Assembly (NCBI GenBank): GCA_029258925.1 | Contig: JAPDJV010000001.1 | Coordinates: 9,885 to 73,884 of the forward strand | Origin: Thermoproteota archaeon | Lineage (GTDB): Archaea > Thermoproteota > Thermoprotei_A > EX4484-217-1 > JAPDJV01 | Direction of reading: 5' to 3' | Length of the DNA stretch: 64,000 nt | Part shown: positions 18,347 through 29,490 of the stretch, piece by piece | Numbering within the stretch: the first letter of the stretch is position 1 | How the letters are laid out: each line of letters opens with the position of its first letter | Notes under the pieces: generated by a model | Databases searched by the model: none | What the model saw: the letters and a program-made list of their open reading frames with translations, nothing else | Told to the model about the DNA's origin: nothing | Program-made: the position numbers and the translations under genes

Positions 18347-19597
18347 ATGGTCGACTACAAGGTTAAAGATATTAGACTAGCAGACGAGGGAAGGAGGCTT
18401 ATAGAATGGGCTGAAACACTTATGCCGGTCCTCATGAGCATAAGAAGGAGGCTTAAAGAAAAAAAGCCTTTAGAGGGCTTAAAGATAGCGGCATGCCTAC
18501 ACGTAACAAAGGAGACCGCCGTCTTAGTTAGAACACTTAGAAGCGGTGGAGCACAAGTATCGCTTGCGGCAAGCAACCCTCTTTCAACACAGGACGAGGT
18601 TGCAGCAGCACTGGCCGATGAGGGTTTTAGAGTATACGCTTGGAGGGGAGAGAACAAGGAGGAATACTTCTGGTGTATAAGGAAGATACTTGAAGTTGAA
18701 CCCAGCATAGTTCTAGATGATGGCGGAGATCTCCATGTCCTCGTTCACAGGGAATTCCCCGATCTAGCAGAGAGGATCCTAGGTGGCACAGAGGAAACCA
18801 CTACAGGTATTGTAAGACTAAGGTCTATGGAGAGGGAGGGAGTTCTAAAATACCCTGTCATAGCAGTAAACAATGCTCTAACGAAGTTCTTATTTGATAA
18901 TCGCTATGGGACAGGGCAAAGTAGCATAGACGGAATAATAAGGGCAACAAACATTCTCATCGCTGGAAAAAGAGTAGTAGTTGCAGGTTACGGATGGGTT
19001 GGCAGGGGGATAGCTATGAGGGCCAGAGGTATGGGGGCTCACGTAATAGTTACAGAGGTGAACCCCATAAGGGCGCTAGAGGCATTCATGGACGGCTTCG
19101 AAGTAATGAGCATGGAGGAGGCAGCTAGAATTGGAGACGTGTTCATAACAGCAACAGGCAACATTAAAGTCATAGATCGCCAGCACATAGAGTTAATGAA
19201 GGATGGTGCAATATTGGCTAACGCAGGACACTTTAACGTTGAAATAAACATAGATGCGCTCGAATCCCTAGCTTCCAGTAAGAGAATTGTAAGAAGAAAT
19301 GTTGAGGAATACGTGCTTAAAGATGGAAGGAGAATATATCTTTTAGCTGAGGGAAGACTAGTAAACCTGGTTGCAGCCGAGGGACACCCAAGCGAAGTAA
19401 TGGATCTATCCTTCTCAAACCAGGCGTTATCAGTAGAATACTTGAAGAAGAGCAGCGGATTATTAAGTGCAAAACTACACAATGTTCCGAGCGAAATAGA
19501 TGAAATGGTTGCGAAAATAAAGCTGGAGTCTCTAGGGATAAAAATTGATGAGCTCACAGAGGAGCAGAGGAAGTATCTGGAAAGCTGGATTATTTAA
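18347..19597 (+). CDS. ahcY: S-adenosyl-L-homocysteine hydrolase
   Basis: 416 aa; DYKVKDI..LAD, NAD-binding [10 protein letters not shown], archaeal short form. Confidence 0.85.
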   Translation: MVDYKVKDIRLADEGRRLIEWAETLMPVLMSIRRRLKEKKPLEGLKIAACLHVTKETAVLVRTLRSGGAQVSLAASNPLSTQDEVAAALADEGFRVYAWRGENKEEYFWCIRKILEVEPSIVLDDGGDLHVLVHREFPDLAERILGGTEETTTGIVRLRSMEREGVLKYPVIAVNNALTKFLFDNRYGTGQSSIDGIIRATNILIAGKRVVVAGYGWVGRGIAMRARGMGAHVIVTEVNPIRALEAFMDGFEVMSMEEAARIGDVFITATGNIKVIDRQHIELMKDGAILANAGHFNVEINIDALESLASSKRIVRRNVEEYVLKDGRRIYLLAEGRLVNLVAAEGHPSEVMDLSFSNQALSVEYLKKSSGLLSAKLHNVPSEIDEMVAKIKLESLGIKIDELTEEQRKYLESWII

Positions 19598-19645
19598 TGC
19601 AACAACTCTATGTGGCCTCTCTTGCTCCAATGCCCCATGTATCGG

Positions 19646-20143
19646 CTACCGTCTTAATACGTTTAACATATGTAAGTATTTTTCTAAGACGTTAATAACT
19701 TCGCAGAATCCCTTCTTAGACGCTTCCTCGACTATCGAGGCTAAAATGTCGTCCCCAATGACGTTTCTAATCCAAGAACCTAAATACCCTACCTTGATGT
19801 GTTGTAACAAAATCTCTTTGTCAACAAGTTTATACTTTGCAACGGCATATAATTGCTCAAGGTTTCTGACCCTGAGCGGAAGAGCTACTCCACTCTTGGG
19901 ATCAGTGAACACGTAGCTTCTTTCAGTGCTTACCTCTGTTATTTGTGAAACCTTTTTCAAGGACTCCCTCAACATTAACCCTTTCTCCGTCAGCGAGTAT
20001 TTTCCCCTCCCCTCAACCAAGCCCTCTGACATAAGCTTTTTAACGTATCTTCTAACAGTTGACTCGGAAACGCCTAGCCTGCTAGCCATTTCCTTTATTG
20101 ACAACTGCTCTCCCTGATTTAAGACCATCAGAGTCTTGTACAC
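19646..20143 (-). CDS. HTH-type transcriptional regulator (winged helix)
   Basis: 165 aa; N-terminal LSIKEMASRLGVSESTVRRYVKKLMSEGLVEG helix-turn-helix. Confidence 0.45.
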   Translation of the reverse strand: MYKTLMVLNQGEQLSIKEMASRLGVSESTVRRYVKKLMSEGLVEGRGKYSLTEKGLMLRESLKKVSQITEVSTERSYVFTDPKSGVALPLRVRNLEQLYAVAKYKLVDKEILLQHIKVGYLGSWIRNVIGDDILASIVEEASKKGFCEVINVLEKYLHMLNVLRR

Positions 20144-20359
20144 TTCTAGTCAGCCTCCACAATCTGAATAATACAGTCACATATAGACTGCTTATAAGCT
20201 GTTTTCCCCATAATTTAATTATAAATCTTTCAGGAGTTTGCAGAATTCACTGCGATCCGTAAATGAACGTTCATGTTATTTCTCAAGAAAATGACTTTTC
20301 CCGTCAACACGTGGAGGAAGTGATGACACGCACAGCTCTCGCTTTAAATATTATCTTAA

Positions 20360-21202
20360 TTAGCTGGCGCTTTTCGCTTCAACTCCTCCCAACGATATCT
20401 CGATTTCAATCTTATTCACCGTAGATGGAATTCCCTTCAACGTCCTTACGAGAGATCCTATAACTTCTAAGAACACTTTTCTAGGATAGGGGGAGAGCGG
20501 AATCGTCTTATTATTGACTACCAGCTTTACATTCCATAATTCCGTTAGTTCGCTTGGGTTTAAGTTACCTCTTAAAGCAGCTAGTGCTAGCGATCTATTA
20601 TCACCGTACTCAAGCCTTTTAACTAATGATGCTGGTATGAGTCCGGCTATTTGTGAAATCATGTCTTCGACCACGTATTCTATCAGCTCCTCTAATTGGT
20701 TCTCGTAGAAGAATTTGATACCCCGTTTCTCAAGTGCTTCAATCAATCTCTGTTCTCTAGATTTAACGTAGCAAGCAACTACGTCCCTCCTTATAGCATC
20801 GATGATCTCGATGTCGTCCCAGTCCTCAACTATTACAACCTTATGATAGCCTGTAATACCCCTGAATCCCTCAACTACGATGGCCAGGATCTCCCAAGGA
20901 ATAATATTATTTAATACTTTATCTAAACTGGCAGTTTCCCTCATAACAATCTCCATGACCCATGGGGAGACAGCTACAACAATATCAGCCCCGCTTTCAA
21001 AAAGTCTCCTAGAATCCCTATTAGCTAAGTCTATTTTCTTTGAGGCATGTTTTACTGCTGCTACTCTTATCCCCCTACTTCTTAAAGCCTTTATTAGGCT
21101 TGAAGCAAGCGAAGTTTTACCTCTCTTCCTCTTAGACGAGACGATTTGTATTATGCTTCTAAAAGGTGCCTTCATCAACATGCAACAAGCCTCCCACAAC
21201 AT
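20360..21202 (-). CDS. MobB-like P-loop protein (molybdopterin-guanine dinucleotide biosynthesis adapter family) with extra C-terminal domain
   Basis: 280 aa; degenerate Walker A SKRKRGKTSL, then VAAVKHAS..D..RDSRRLFESGADIVVAV pattern of MobB; true start probably downstream Met. Confidence 0.4.
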   Translation of the reverse strand: MLWEACCMLMKAPFRSIIQIVSSKRKRGKTSLASSLIKALRSRGIRVAAVKHASKKIDLANRDSRRLFESGADIVVAVSPWVMEIVMRETASLDKVLNNIIPWEILAIVVEGFRGITGYHKVVIVEDWDDIEIIDAIRRDVVACYVKSREQRLIEALEKRGIKFFYENQLEELIEYVVEDMISQIAGLIPASLVKRLEYGDNRSLALAALRGNLNPSELTELWNVKLVVNNKTIPLSPYPRKVFLEVIGSLVRTLKGIPSTVNKIEIEISLGGVEAKSAS

Positions 21203-21486
21203 TTAGATAAACCGATATTAATTAAGCATTTCCTAAATTATATTAATTAGAATTATATTGATTAGCTGAAGAATCAGTACTGTTAAGTCAAAAGACTAGC
21301 ATTCGAAACCAGAGCTCTGAGCAATTTCAAGCATAAAGAATTTCTTAATTTTAAACATGTCCAATACTACTATTTGCTATCGTGCTTTCTCTCTGCATTA
21401 ACCGTAATTCTTTAATTAACTCCTTCACTATTTCCCTTCGCATACTAAAAGATGAGGCTAGAAGACTTGCTAGATACTTTTCATTA

Positions 21487-21880
21487 TTATAAAGTAATTT
21501 TTACAAATATGTTTAATGATACCCCAACAGCGCTCACTAACTCCAATAGTATTGCATATAGTGCTCGAAGATCTTGTCTCTCTCCTTCAAGAATTTTCCT
21601 GAAAATATTTGACATGATGATTACGTTATCGTATATTAATGGTTCCAAGAGAGTCCCTGCATTCTCTCCAGCTACCCCCACTGCTAACCTCTCCGATGTC
21701 AATTAGAGTTTTAAGGGTTTCAGCTATTTTCAAGTGTTCGCAAGCCAACCACTTCAATAATGTTTTGAGTTTCAAGTCTCCTACTCTATTAGCGAATTCG
21801 ATTTTAGCCTTAACACTAGCATACATAAGCTTGTAGAAACACTTCGCCCAGTTCTCTACTTCAGCAGAATTTAAAGCCAT
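21487..21880 (-). pseudogene. small helical protein gene split across two overlapping frames at a C5/G5 run (ferritin-like? frameshifted)
   Basis: ORFs 21626..21880 and 21487..21702 overlap by 77 nt; frames switch at the GGGGG run (21675..21679 on plus strand); joint product ~135 aa. Confidence 0.2.
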
Positions 21881-21957
21881 ATATTTACATCATACAAGTA
21901 ATTAATTTGGCAGAACCAACTAAAATTAGTTAGGTAGTAATAATAATAAGACTATTA

Positions 21958-22890
21958 CTATAATCTGTGGGCTAAACCTACGCACTGACCTAAATCACTT
22001 ATTTCGAGTTTAACCAGTAGTTCTTCGAATTCGTGTAGGATCTCCCTAAGAACCACAACACCTCTATCAATTATAGCTGAACCAACCTGTATAGCGCTTG
22101 CTCCAGCAAATATCATTTCAAGAGCAGATTCGCCGTTTACTACGCCTCCAGCTCCTATTATTAGTGGTTCTAGTTCGGAGTATACTTCATAAATTAGTCT
22201 CACAGCAACTGGGTGGAGAGGTGGGCCTGATAATCCTCCATAAATATTTGTTAGAACTGGTCTCCCAGTGTAGACATCTATGATCATGGCTTTAATGGTA
22301 TTTGATATGGTCAATGCTTTTGCACCTGCTTCAAGAGCTTTCCCCGCTATCTTGACTATGTTGTCCGATGGGCCAAGCTTCGCTATTACAGGTATCTTAA
22401 GTACCGATGAAACCATACCTGTTATGTACTTGGTTGCCTCAGGGTCTTGGCCGAAGACTAGTCCGTATCCCTCGGTGTGGGGGCAGCTTAGGTTTAACTC
22501 TACTGCTGACGCTTTGGCCTCCTCTGCTTCAATAGATACTTCAAGATATTCGTCGGCTGACGACCCCGCAACGCTAACTATTACTGGTACACCGAGTTCA
22601 AGCCCTACACTAACAATACTCCTAATAATCTCTTTCCCGGGGTTCTCTAGTCCAACAGCATTTATGTACCCACCGCAGGGGAGTTTTACTAGGATAGGCG
22701 GATTGTTACCTAATCTAGGTTTAGGAGTTATGGACTTCGTTACAACAGCTGAACACCCTCCTTCAACAATGAGCCTTCTAATTAGTCCTGGCGAAGAAGA
22801 CACTACTCCAGACGCGTTCATAAATGGGTGTGCGAGTCTTATTCCCGCTAGGTTTATTCTTAAATTAGGGTGCGAATTATTTATTTGCAA
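21958..22890 (-). CDS. pyrD: dihydroorotate dehydrogenase catalytic subunit (class 1B)
   Basis: 310 aa; LAGIRLAHPFMNASGV.., FMN-binding TIM-barrel motifs; follows pyrK. Confidence 0.8.
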   Translation of the reverse strand: MQINNSHPNLRINLAGIRLAHPFMNASGVVSSSPGLIRRLIVEGGCSAVVTKSITPKPRLGNNPPILVKLPCGGYINAVGLENPGKEIIRSIVSVGLELGVPVIVSVAGSSADEYLEVSIEAEEAKASAVELNLSCPHTEGYGLVFGQDPEATKYITGMVSSVLKIPVIAKLGPSDNIVKIAGKALEAGAKALTISNTIKAMIIDVYTGRPVLTNIYGGLSGPPLHPVAVRLIYEVYSELEPLIIGAGGVVNGESALEMIFAGASAIQVGSAIIDRGVVVLREILHEFEELLVKLEISDLGQCVGLAHRL

Positions 22891-24130
22891 TCACCTCTCC
22901 ATCATAGAATACTATTTTGCCTTTAACGATGGTTGCATGTATTCTGCATTTAACCGCGAAGTTTTCGAAAGGCGTGTACTTTGCTTTACTATAGAAGTTC
23001 TCAGGTTTTATTTTATATTCTTCCCCCAATTTAAGTAGTGTCATCGAAGCAACATACCCCCTCTCTATTTCACCCATCCTATGTAGTCCGAGAATTCTGG
23101 AAGGATTCCTACACATCAACTTCACAATATCGCTTACGGATATTACATTTTTTTCTACTAGCGTCCACGTCAGCGGGAGCATTGTTTCCAATCCCGGAAT
23201 CCCGGAGGGGCAGTTCATGAAAGATCGTTGTTTCTCTTCTAGGCTGTGGGGCGCGTGGTCGCTGGAAATACAGTCGATTAAGCCTGTTCTGAGAGCAATC
23301 AGCAATCCCTGAACTATGGTTTTCGGCCTTAAAGGCGGATTGACTTTTCCGTAACACCCATATTCCTTCTCATAAGAATTATTTAGGAGCACGTAGTGGG
23401 GGCATGTATCAACAGTTGCGCCAAGAGCCCTAGCTCTTACGGCGGTCTCAAATGATGTTATGTGCGTGAAGTGTATTCCGGAAATCATGTTACCGAATTT
23501 TTCCTGAAAGTATGCTACTGACTCCAATTCCGCTCTAAGAGGTCTGTATCTCCACCTCATGCCTGGAACAGTAGTCTCCCTTAGACATTCCGGATGCTCC
23601 GGATGTACTACGACTAGTTTCCTCTTTTCCAAGGATTTCGAAACACATTCTCCTAGAATCGGTGAGTGGTAGTCTTCAGGGTACACTTTGAGTCCGGCCA
23701 CCTTCTTCTCAGATAACAGAGAGTCTGCTTCCTCAATTCTACTAGGTACGCCGACATATACCAGGTAGTCTACTATGCACTTCTCTTTTAGAGACTTTAT
23801 TTTCTCCTTTAATACATTAAAGCTTCTTATCTGGGGTCTAGTATTGGGCATGTCGGCTACTAATACTACTCCCCCCGCTGCCGCTGCAGCTGAACCAGAA
23901 GACTCGTCCTCTTTATACGATAATTCTAGTCCTCGGAGATGTACGTGCATGTCGACTACTCCCGGAATCAGAAGAAAACCGTTTTCTACAGAGTAATCTA
24001 GTACTGTTTCGGCTCTCTCCGAGTAAGCTTCTCCGTGAACGCCCTTTATTATCCCGTTTTCAACAGTAACTGTACCTTTAACTATTCTTCCTCTATAGAA
24101 AATGTTCCCCCTATAAACGATGTCTGCCAC
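22877..24130 (-). CDS. pyrC: dihydroorotase
   Basis: 417 aa amidohydrolase; VDMHVHLR metal motif, DHAPH; sits inside the pyrB-I-K-C-D operon. Confidence 0.75.
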   Translation of the reverse strand: MADIVYRGNIFYRGRIVKGTVTVENGIIKGVHGEAYSERAETVLDYSVENGFLLIPGVVDMHVHLRGLELSYKEDESSGSAAAAAGGVVLVADMPNTRPQIRSFNVLKEKIKSLKEKCIVDYLVYVGVPSRIEEADSLLSEKKVAGLKVYPEDYHSPILGECVSKSLEKRKLVVVHPEHPECLRETTVPGMRWRYRPLRAELESVAYFQEKFGNMISGIHFTHITSFETAVRARALGATVDTCPHYVLLNNSYEKEYGCYGKVNPPLRPKTIVQGLLIALRTGLIDCISSDHAPHSLEEKQRSFMNCPSGIPGLETMLPLTWTLVEKNVISVSDIVKLMCRNPSRILGLHRMGEIERGYVASMTLLKLGEEYKIKPENFYSKAKYTPFENFAVKCRIHATIVKGKIVFYDGEVIANK

Positions 24131-24909
24131 TATTTAACCTCCAGCCATTCAACTACTTCCTCTAACAAGAATCCTGGACCATCTCTGCACACTAGCAATC
24201 CGCTTCCATCGATTTCGCAAGACCCACATACACCTAACCCGCATTTAACCATGTTCTCCAATATAACCCATGTTTCAACGTCTCTAAATCTAGCTATACC
24301 CTTAGCTAAATATTTGAGCATCGGTTTCGGGCCGCATGCAACCACTTTAGTATAGGTTTCTGCTTCCAGCAATCTTAGTGCTAACTCTACTGCAGATCCC
24401 TTGAAGCCTATTGACCCGTCATCTGAAGATATGTAAATTCTTGAACAAGTTCCCCTTAAAAGTCCGCTAATATCCCCTATTTCACTTGCGCTTCTTCCTC
24501 CGAAAACAATCGTATGTTCTATCTTTTTCGACTCGAGTTCTTCGTGTAACATTTTGATGGGAGCTAGCCCGCTTCCCCCTGCAACAAGCAAGTATTTCCC
24601 ACTTCCATCCAGCTTTAAGGCTTTACCTAATGGACCCTTAACACCTATGGTTTCTCCCTGTTTAGCATTAACTAGGCTTAACGTTGTTCGACCCACAGGC
24701 TTCACTACTAGTTCAATTAGATTCTCCTTGCAACCCGCGATACTCATTGGTATGGATTCGAGTCCTGGAATCCATATCATTACAAACTGCGGGCTTCTAG
24801 GCTTAAAGGGCAACTCCTTTAATAGCTCGATTTCGACGTGATAGAGCGTTTCAGATATTTTCGTACAATTAATTATTCTAGCTGGCCTCATAGATCCCTT
24901 ATCCAACAT
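24130..24909 (-). CDS. pyrK: dihydroorotate dehydrogenase electron-transfer subunit (FAD/NAD, 2Fe-2S)
   Basis: 259 aa; ferredoxin-reductase-like fold, C-terminal CGLGVCGSCE cluster. Confidence 0.75.
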   Translation of the reverse strand: MLDKGSMRPARIINCTKISETLYHVEIELLKELPFKPRSPQFVMIWIPGLESIPMSIAGCKENLIELVVKPVGRTTLSLVNAKQGETIGVKGPLGKALKLDGSGKYLLVAGGSGLAPIKMLHEELESKKIEHTIVFGGRSASEIGDISGLLRGTCSRIYISSDDGSIGFKGSAVELALRLLEAETYTKVVACGPKPMLKYLAKGIARFRDVETWVILENMVKCGLGVCGSCEIDGSGLLVCRDGPGFLLEEVVEWLEVK

Positions 24910-24922
24910 TTTTTCCCTTCAC

Positions 24923-25402
24923 CTATAATTTGCCTACGAGAACCATGCCTTCTGTACCAATTATGATCTTACAGTATTCACATTGCAGTTTTATCGGATC
25001 CCTTGATATGAGGATGAACGATGTTTTCACAGGCTCGTTTGGAGCGTTTGTTATGCACGTTGGATTAGGACACTTTATTAATCCTTTTATCCTCGACGGT
25101 AGCTGGACTTTTCTCTTCGTTATTACCTCGTAGTTCTCTATTATGTTTATTGTTGCTGTTGGAGCTATCAGTGATATGAGGTTCGTTTCGTCTTCTTCAA
25201 GTCTCACATTTTCTATTTTCACTATATCCTTCTTGCCCAGCTTTCTGCTTTCCACATTCATTATTAAAGCTATCCTCTGACCCCTAATCTTCTCTGCTTT
25301 AAGTATACTTAGAACTCTCAATCCCTTGCCTGCTGGTATGTGGTCTATTACTGTTCCGCTATGGATCTTGGGAACTATTAGTCTATGTGGTTCAACACTC
25401 AA
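24923..25402 (-). CDS. pyrI: aspartate carbamoyltransferase regulatory subunit
   Basis: 159 aa; Zn domain [13 protein letters not shown]. Confidence 0.8.
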   Translation of the reverse strand: MSVEPHRLIVPKIHSGTVIDHIPAGKGLRVLSILKAEKIRGQRIALIMNVESRKLGKKDIVKIENVRLEEDETNLISLIAPTATINIIENYEVITKRKVQLPSRIKGLIKCPNPTCITNAPNEPVKTSFILISRDPIKLQCEYCKIIIGTEGMVLVGKL

Positions 25403-25406
25403 TAAC

Positions 25407-26345
25407 TTACACCTCCACCCCGAAAATTAGTGTTAGAAGAGCCATTCTAACGGGTACTCCCAGCTTAGCCTGATAGAAATATGCTTGATAAGGGGATTTG
25501 TCTACCTTGGGATGTATTTCGTCTACTTTGGGCAGTGGGTGAAGTATTTTAAGGTTTTTCCTAGCATTTTTCTCAAGAAACTCCAGTGTAATCCTGTATG
25601 CACCCTTCACCCTCTCATACTCCATTGGATCCGGAAACCTCTCTTTCTGTATCCTTACGACGTATAGTACGTCTAAGAGTGAAATCACATCTTCTATGTT
25701 ATCGTATTCCTCATACTTTAAGCCTCTCTTCTCTATTGCTTTCAAAACCTCCTCTCTCAACTTCAATGGAGGGGGCGCTATGTAGTATACTTTGTTTGGT
25801 TTGAACAAGGTTAGAGCATAGGAGAGGCTTGCAACAGTTCTAGCATACTTTAAATCTCCCATGATACCTATGTTTAAGCCGTCTATGTCCCCAAATAGCC
25901 TATAAATAGTGTATAGATCCAGCATTGACTGGGTCGGGTGTTCGCATCTTCCATCTCCAGCGTTCACCACAGGGTTTTCAGCTATTTCGGCAGCATATCT
26001 TGCAGCTCCCTCCAAGTTATGTCTCAATACAATTATGTCAGAGTAAGCATCGAGCATTCTAATAGTGTCTGTAAGGTTCTCTCCCTTCATTACACTAGTT
26101 GCTTCGACGCTCGAGAAACCTATTACATCCCCGCCAAGCCTTTTCATGGCAGTAGTAAAGCTTAGTCTTGTCCTCGTAGACGGCTCGAAGAATGCTAGAG
26201 CCATGATTCTGCCTCTCAGAACATTCAACCCTCTGGTTTTACTACGCTCTATGCTATAAGCTCTCTCGAATAATGTCTCCAAATCGGACTTGGAGAAGTC
26301 CAGGATTGATATAATATCTTTTCCCCTAAACGACACGAAGCCCAT
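25407..26345 (-). CDS. pyrB: aspartate carbamoyltransferase catalytic subunit
   Basis: 312 aa; STRTR carbamoyl-phosphate motif, HPLP motif. Confidence 0.85.
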   Translation of the reverse strand: MGFVSFRGKDIISILDFSKSDLETLFERAYSIERSKTRGLNVLRGRIMALAFFEPSTRTRLSFTTAMKRLGGDVIGFSSVEATSVMKGENLTDTIRMLDAYSDIIVLRHNLEGAARYAAEIAENPVVNAGDGRCEHPTQSMLDLYTIYRLFGDIDGLNIGIMGDLKYARTVASLSYALTLFKPNKVYYIAPPPLKLREEVLKAIEKRGLKYEEYDNIEDVISLLDVLYVVRIQKERFPDPMEYERVKGAYRITLEFLEKNARKNLKILHPLPKVDEIHPKVDKSPYQAYFYQAKLGVPVRMALLTLIFGVEV

Positions 26346-26363
26346 GTGAATTTTACGTTAAGG

Positions 26364-26373
26364 TTTTTTTAAG
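26364..26373 (-). promoter_or_regulatory. putative TATA box (CTTAAAAAAA on minus strand) ~20-28 nt upstream of pyrB ATG; near-leaderless transcript
   Basis: A/T-rich TATA-like element at the canonical archaeal distance; divergent 190-bp region shared with the ORF at 26538. Confidence 0.25.
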
Positions 26374-26537
26374 CTTTACGGATAATCAAGTTTTAGGAAT
26401 TTGACTCGCATTTAGAAGTATTCATGATCAGAAACTTATATTTCATGAAATATGTATAAAATATTTTCCTATTCAAGTAAATAGTTTAACAGAAAAAGAA
26501 TTAAATATAATATAGTTATTAATTACTATAGAGTGAA

Positions 26538-27335
26538 ATGATGGAAAATGATAAACAGATCCCATTTAAATTAGGGCACATAGTGTTTGCTGAAAAGAAT
26601 AAACAATTATGGGGTTTCCACGTAACATGCGACAATGTGCCAGGAGTATTAAAGAAGGTGACGGAGAAGTTTTCGAGAAATAACGTAAACATAGTATCAC
26701 TTGCAGTGCCTGAAGCTTCGAGAGAGGAAGTTGTCGGAATATTTATTGTAGGAGACTTCACGAACATTCAATTAGATCCAAGAGAGATACTCGAAGAAAT
26801 CTTAAGCGTGAAGGAGGTCAGAAACGCAAAACTCATTAAACCCTTAAACAACATCTTACATGACCCCTACTTCTTCCCCATAATCATTGGGAAGAGTAGA
26901 GTAGTATTGTTGGGAGAGGCAAATCTGAAGGGATTCTTCAACGTGTTTAGAGAAAGGTTTGGAGACGAGATAGCTCTCACAGTTTTATACCATCTCGGCT
27001 ACAGCGTGGGATTAAAGGCTTTCGAACTACATTTCGAAGAGTATGCTGGAGATTTAACCAAGTGCCTTAACATATTGTCTGCTTTACTATTAAGTTATGG
27101 CTGGGCTAGAATAGAGACTGTAAGTGCTTCGAAAAATGGAATATGTATAAGGGCATACGATTTATGGGAGTGCAGTATTCTCGATAGAAGGGGAAGTACT
27201 GGAAGCAGCTATTTTAGGGGAACTTTAGCGGGTCTCTTTAGCAGGATTTTGGGCAGTGAGGTAAGCGTTATAGAAACAAAGTGTATTAGTAAGGGAGATC
27301 CCTTCTGCGAGTTCTATATAGTAGTAAATGAGTAA
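26538..27335 (+). CDS. ACT-like plus V4R (4-vinyl reductase) domain protein, putative small-molecule-binding regulator
   Basis: 265 aa; C-terminal GDPFCEF motif of V4R domains; N-terminal ~100 aa ACT-like. Confidence 0.4.
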   Translation: MMENDKQIPFKLGHIVFAEKNKQLWGFHVTCDNVPGVLKKVTEKFSRNNVNIVSLAVPEASREEVVGIFIVGDFTNIQLDPREILEEILSVKEVRNAKLIKPLNNILHDPYFFPIIIGKSRVVLLGEANLKGFFNVFRERFGDEIALTVLYHLGYSVGLKAFELHFEEYAGDLTKCLNILSALLLSYGWARIETVSASKNGICIRAYDLWECSILDRRGSTGSSYFRGTLAGLFSRILGSEVSVIETKCISKGDPFCEFYIVVNE

Positions 27336-27404
27336 ATTCTCTTATAGTAGTAGAGTACTTTATAATAATCTAACCAGCTAACTATGGGTTGAAGAGGGAG
27401 GTGG

Positions 27405-29327
27405 TTGTTGAGTCTATTTGAAGTATTTGACACTTTATATAGAGAGTTCTCTAAGAGAAGAGCATTCGAGTATTTAAAGACTTTGACGTCTAAGCATCGG
27501 ATACAGGGCTCTAAAGGAATAGTTGATGCTTGCGGATATGTTTCAAGAATGTTGGAGGATGGCGGAGTAGACGTGGAACTTAAAACATACGAGCATCCGG
27601 GTACGATAGGGCTTTTCGAGTACCCTGTGGGGTGGAATGTTTACGATGCTGAAGTGTGGCTTGAAAAACCTGAGAAGAAGCTTTTACACAGATTTATCGA
27701 TAACCCAACCTTAGTATCAGCCCACTCTCCGCCCTCAAATGGATGGATTGAAGGCGAAGTAGTGTATGTTGAGAGAGGTGAGGCTTCGGGAGACTATGAG
27801 GGAAAGAACGTTGAGGGAAAGATAATACTAGCTCACGGTGACTCCTATCTAGTTTGGAAGCAGGCTGAGAGACGGGGCGTGAAGTGTGTTTTAGTTTACA
27901 GGGATACGGGTGGACCAGACCATGCGGTACCATATACAGGCCTATTCTTGACGCTGGAGGAAGCTGCGAAAGCCAAATGCCCCGTTCTAAACGTGTCCAG
28001 ATCGACTGCACATAAAATTCTAAGATTACTAAGATCCGGGAAGAAACCCGTTATTAGGGTACGTGTTGATGCAGAATATGATTTCAACCCTGTTTTCCCA
28101 GTAGTAAAAGCAACTATTCGAGGATTTGAGGGAGGGAGAAGCGTAATCTTAATAGCACATATATGTCATCCAATGCCCGGTGCAAACGACAATGCTAGCG
28201 GAAGCGTGGCATTGCTGGAGCTAGCATTGACTTTAAACAAGCTCATAAGGGAAGGCATACTGGAGAGACCAAGATACGACATAGTGTTCCTATGGGTTCC
28301 AGAGTATTCTGGAACACTCCTATATGTTTCACGTGAAAAAGTGACCCCGGACAACGTTATCAGCGTTATAAACTTGGACATGGTTGGTGAGAGACAGGAG
28401 AAAACCGGCTCAACAGCAATATTAATAGAGACTCCACTCTATATGAGGGGGATTGTCGACGCGTTAATGGAGCAAACTTTCAATATGGCCTTTCATGCAT
28501 CCAAGGGTTTCGGCGAAGTCTCGAATCTACCCGATAGAAAAGTAGGTTTCTCGTCATATGATGCTGGGAGCGACCACGATATTTTCATAAGCATTAATAT
28601 ACCAGGCGTGATGTTAAACCAGTGGCCAGACCAATACTATCATACAGATCTAGATGACTTAGATAAAGTGGATGTTGAAAATATTAAAAGAAGTGCTGTA
28701 GCAGCCGGTTCGACGGCATATTACATTGCCCTAGGTTCAAAGGATGCTGCCCTGAAAATACTCGGACTCCTCACACTACACTTCTGCAAACTTATATCAA
28801 ACATGTTTTCCGAGATTCTAGTTAAATCTAAAGATGACCCCCGATGGAAGAGGATAGCTTGTGAAAGATATAATATTGTGAGCGCTGCTATTAAGAGGAA
28901 CTATGAGATTCTGGGAAAAATTTACCCTGAAATAATTGACTTAACTCGAACACATTTAGACAAGGCTCTAGCACAGCTTAAAGTCTACTACGATATCATG
29001 GATATTAAAGTGGAGCCCGTGGAAATGGAGGATTGGGAACTCAAGATTTACACTAAAGATTGGATAGGGCCGATTTCCTTGAGAAGACTCTCTAAAATAC
29101 TTGACGAGGAAACATTGTTAAAAATACAGAGGCTCGTAAGGGAGGAAAGAATTTACCGGCCAATACTATTGTACTATCTACCAAATCTGATAGATGGAAG
29201 AAGAAGCGTTGGAGAGATAATACGTGCTATTGAAGCCGAGTATGGTCTCATTAAGGTTGATGTTCTTAAATGGTTCATTGACATTCTCGAGAAACATAGA
29301 CTGATTACAACAATTAATGGAAGCTGA
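27405..29327 (+). CDS. M28-family zinc metallopeptidase (aminopeptidase-like) with PA-type insert
   Basis: 640 aa; HICHPMPGANDNASGSVALLELA and DMVGE metal ligand motifs of peptidase M28. Confidence 0.55.
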   Translation: MLSLFEVFDTLYREFSKRRAFEYLKTLTSKHRIQGSKGIVDACGYVSRMLEDGGVDVELKTYEHPGTIGLFEYPVGWNVYDAEVWLEKPEKKLLHRFIDNPTLVSAHSPPSNGWIEGEVVYVERGEASGDYEGKNVEGKIILAHGDSYLVWKQAERRGVKCVLVYRDTGGPDHAVPYTGLFLTLEEAAKAKCPVLNVSRSTAHKILRLLRSGKKPVIRVRVDAEYDFNPVFPVVKATIRGFEGGRSVILIAHICHPMPGANDNASGSVALLELALTLNKLIREGILERPRYDIVFLWVPEYSGTLLYVSREKVTPDNVISVINLDMVGERQEKTGSTAILIETPLYMRGIVDALMEQTFNMAFHASKGFGEVSNLPDRKVGFSSYDAGSDHDIFISINIPGVMLNQWPDQYYHTDLDDLDKVDVENIKRSAVAAGSTAYYIALGSKDAALKILGLLTLHFCKLISNMFSEILVKSKDDPRWKRIACERYNIVSAAIKRNYEILGKIYPEIIDLTRTHLDKALAQLKVYYDIMDIKVEPVEMEDWELKIYTKDWIGPISLRRLSKILDEETLLKIQRLVREERIYRPILLYYLPNLIDGRRSVGEIIRAIEAEYGLIKVDVLKWFIDILEKHRLITTINGS

Positions 29328-29490
29328 TAGCTCGATGATTTCAGTAAGTGGAAATAATGTATCGAAAATACTGGAGACTAGGATGGTATAGGGCAGTAAA
29401 ACTTAATTAGTCAAATATGTGATAAATTAGAAACATAATTCAAAAATGGACCGTCCTAGCCGTTGGGTAATGTCATATTAGGGGATTAAT

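Noticed and set aside
19039-19557. 172-aa minus-strand ORF and other antisense ORFs (for example 18355..18708, 58526..59029, 61443..61781)
   Set aside because: Fully embedded antisense in well-supported genes (ahcY, ValRS, surface protein) with Ser/Thr-rich composition typical of shadow frames.
20290-20340. Second C-box-like GTGATGA motif in the 20144..20359 intergenic region
   Set aside because: No downstream D box; likely a chance occurrence in a promoter region.
22280-23038. 252-aa plus-strand ORF
   Set aside because: Lies entirely antisense to pyrD/pyrC with low-complexity composition (Ser/Thr/Pro-rich); shadow ORF.
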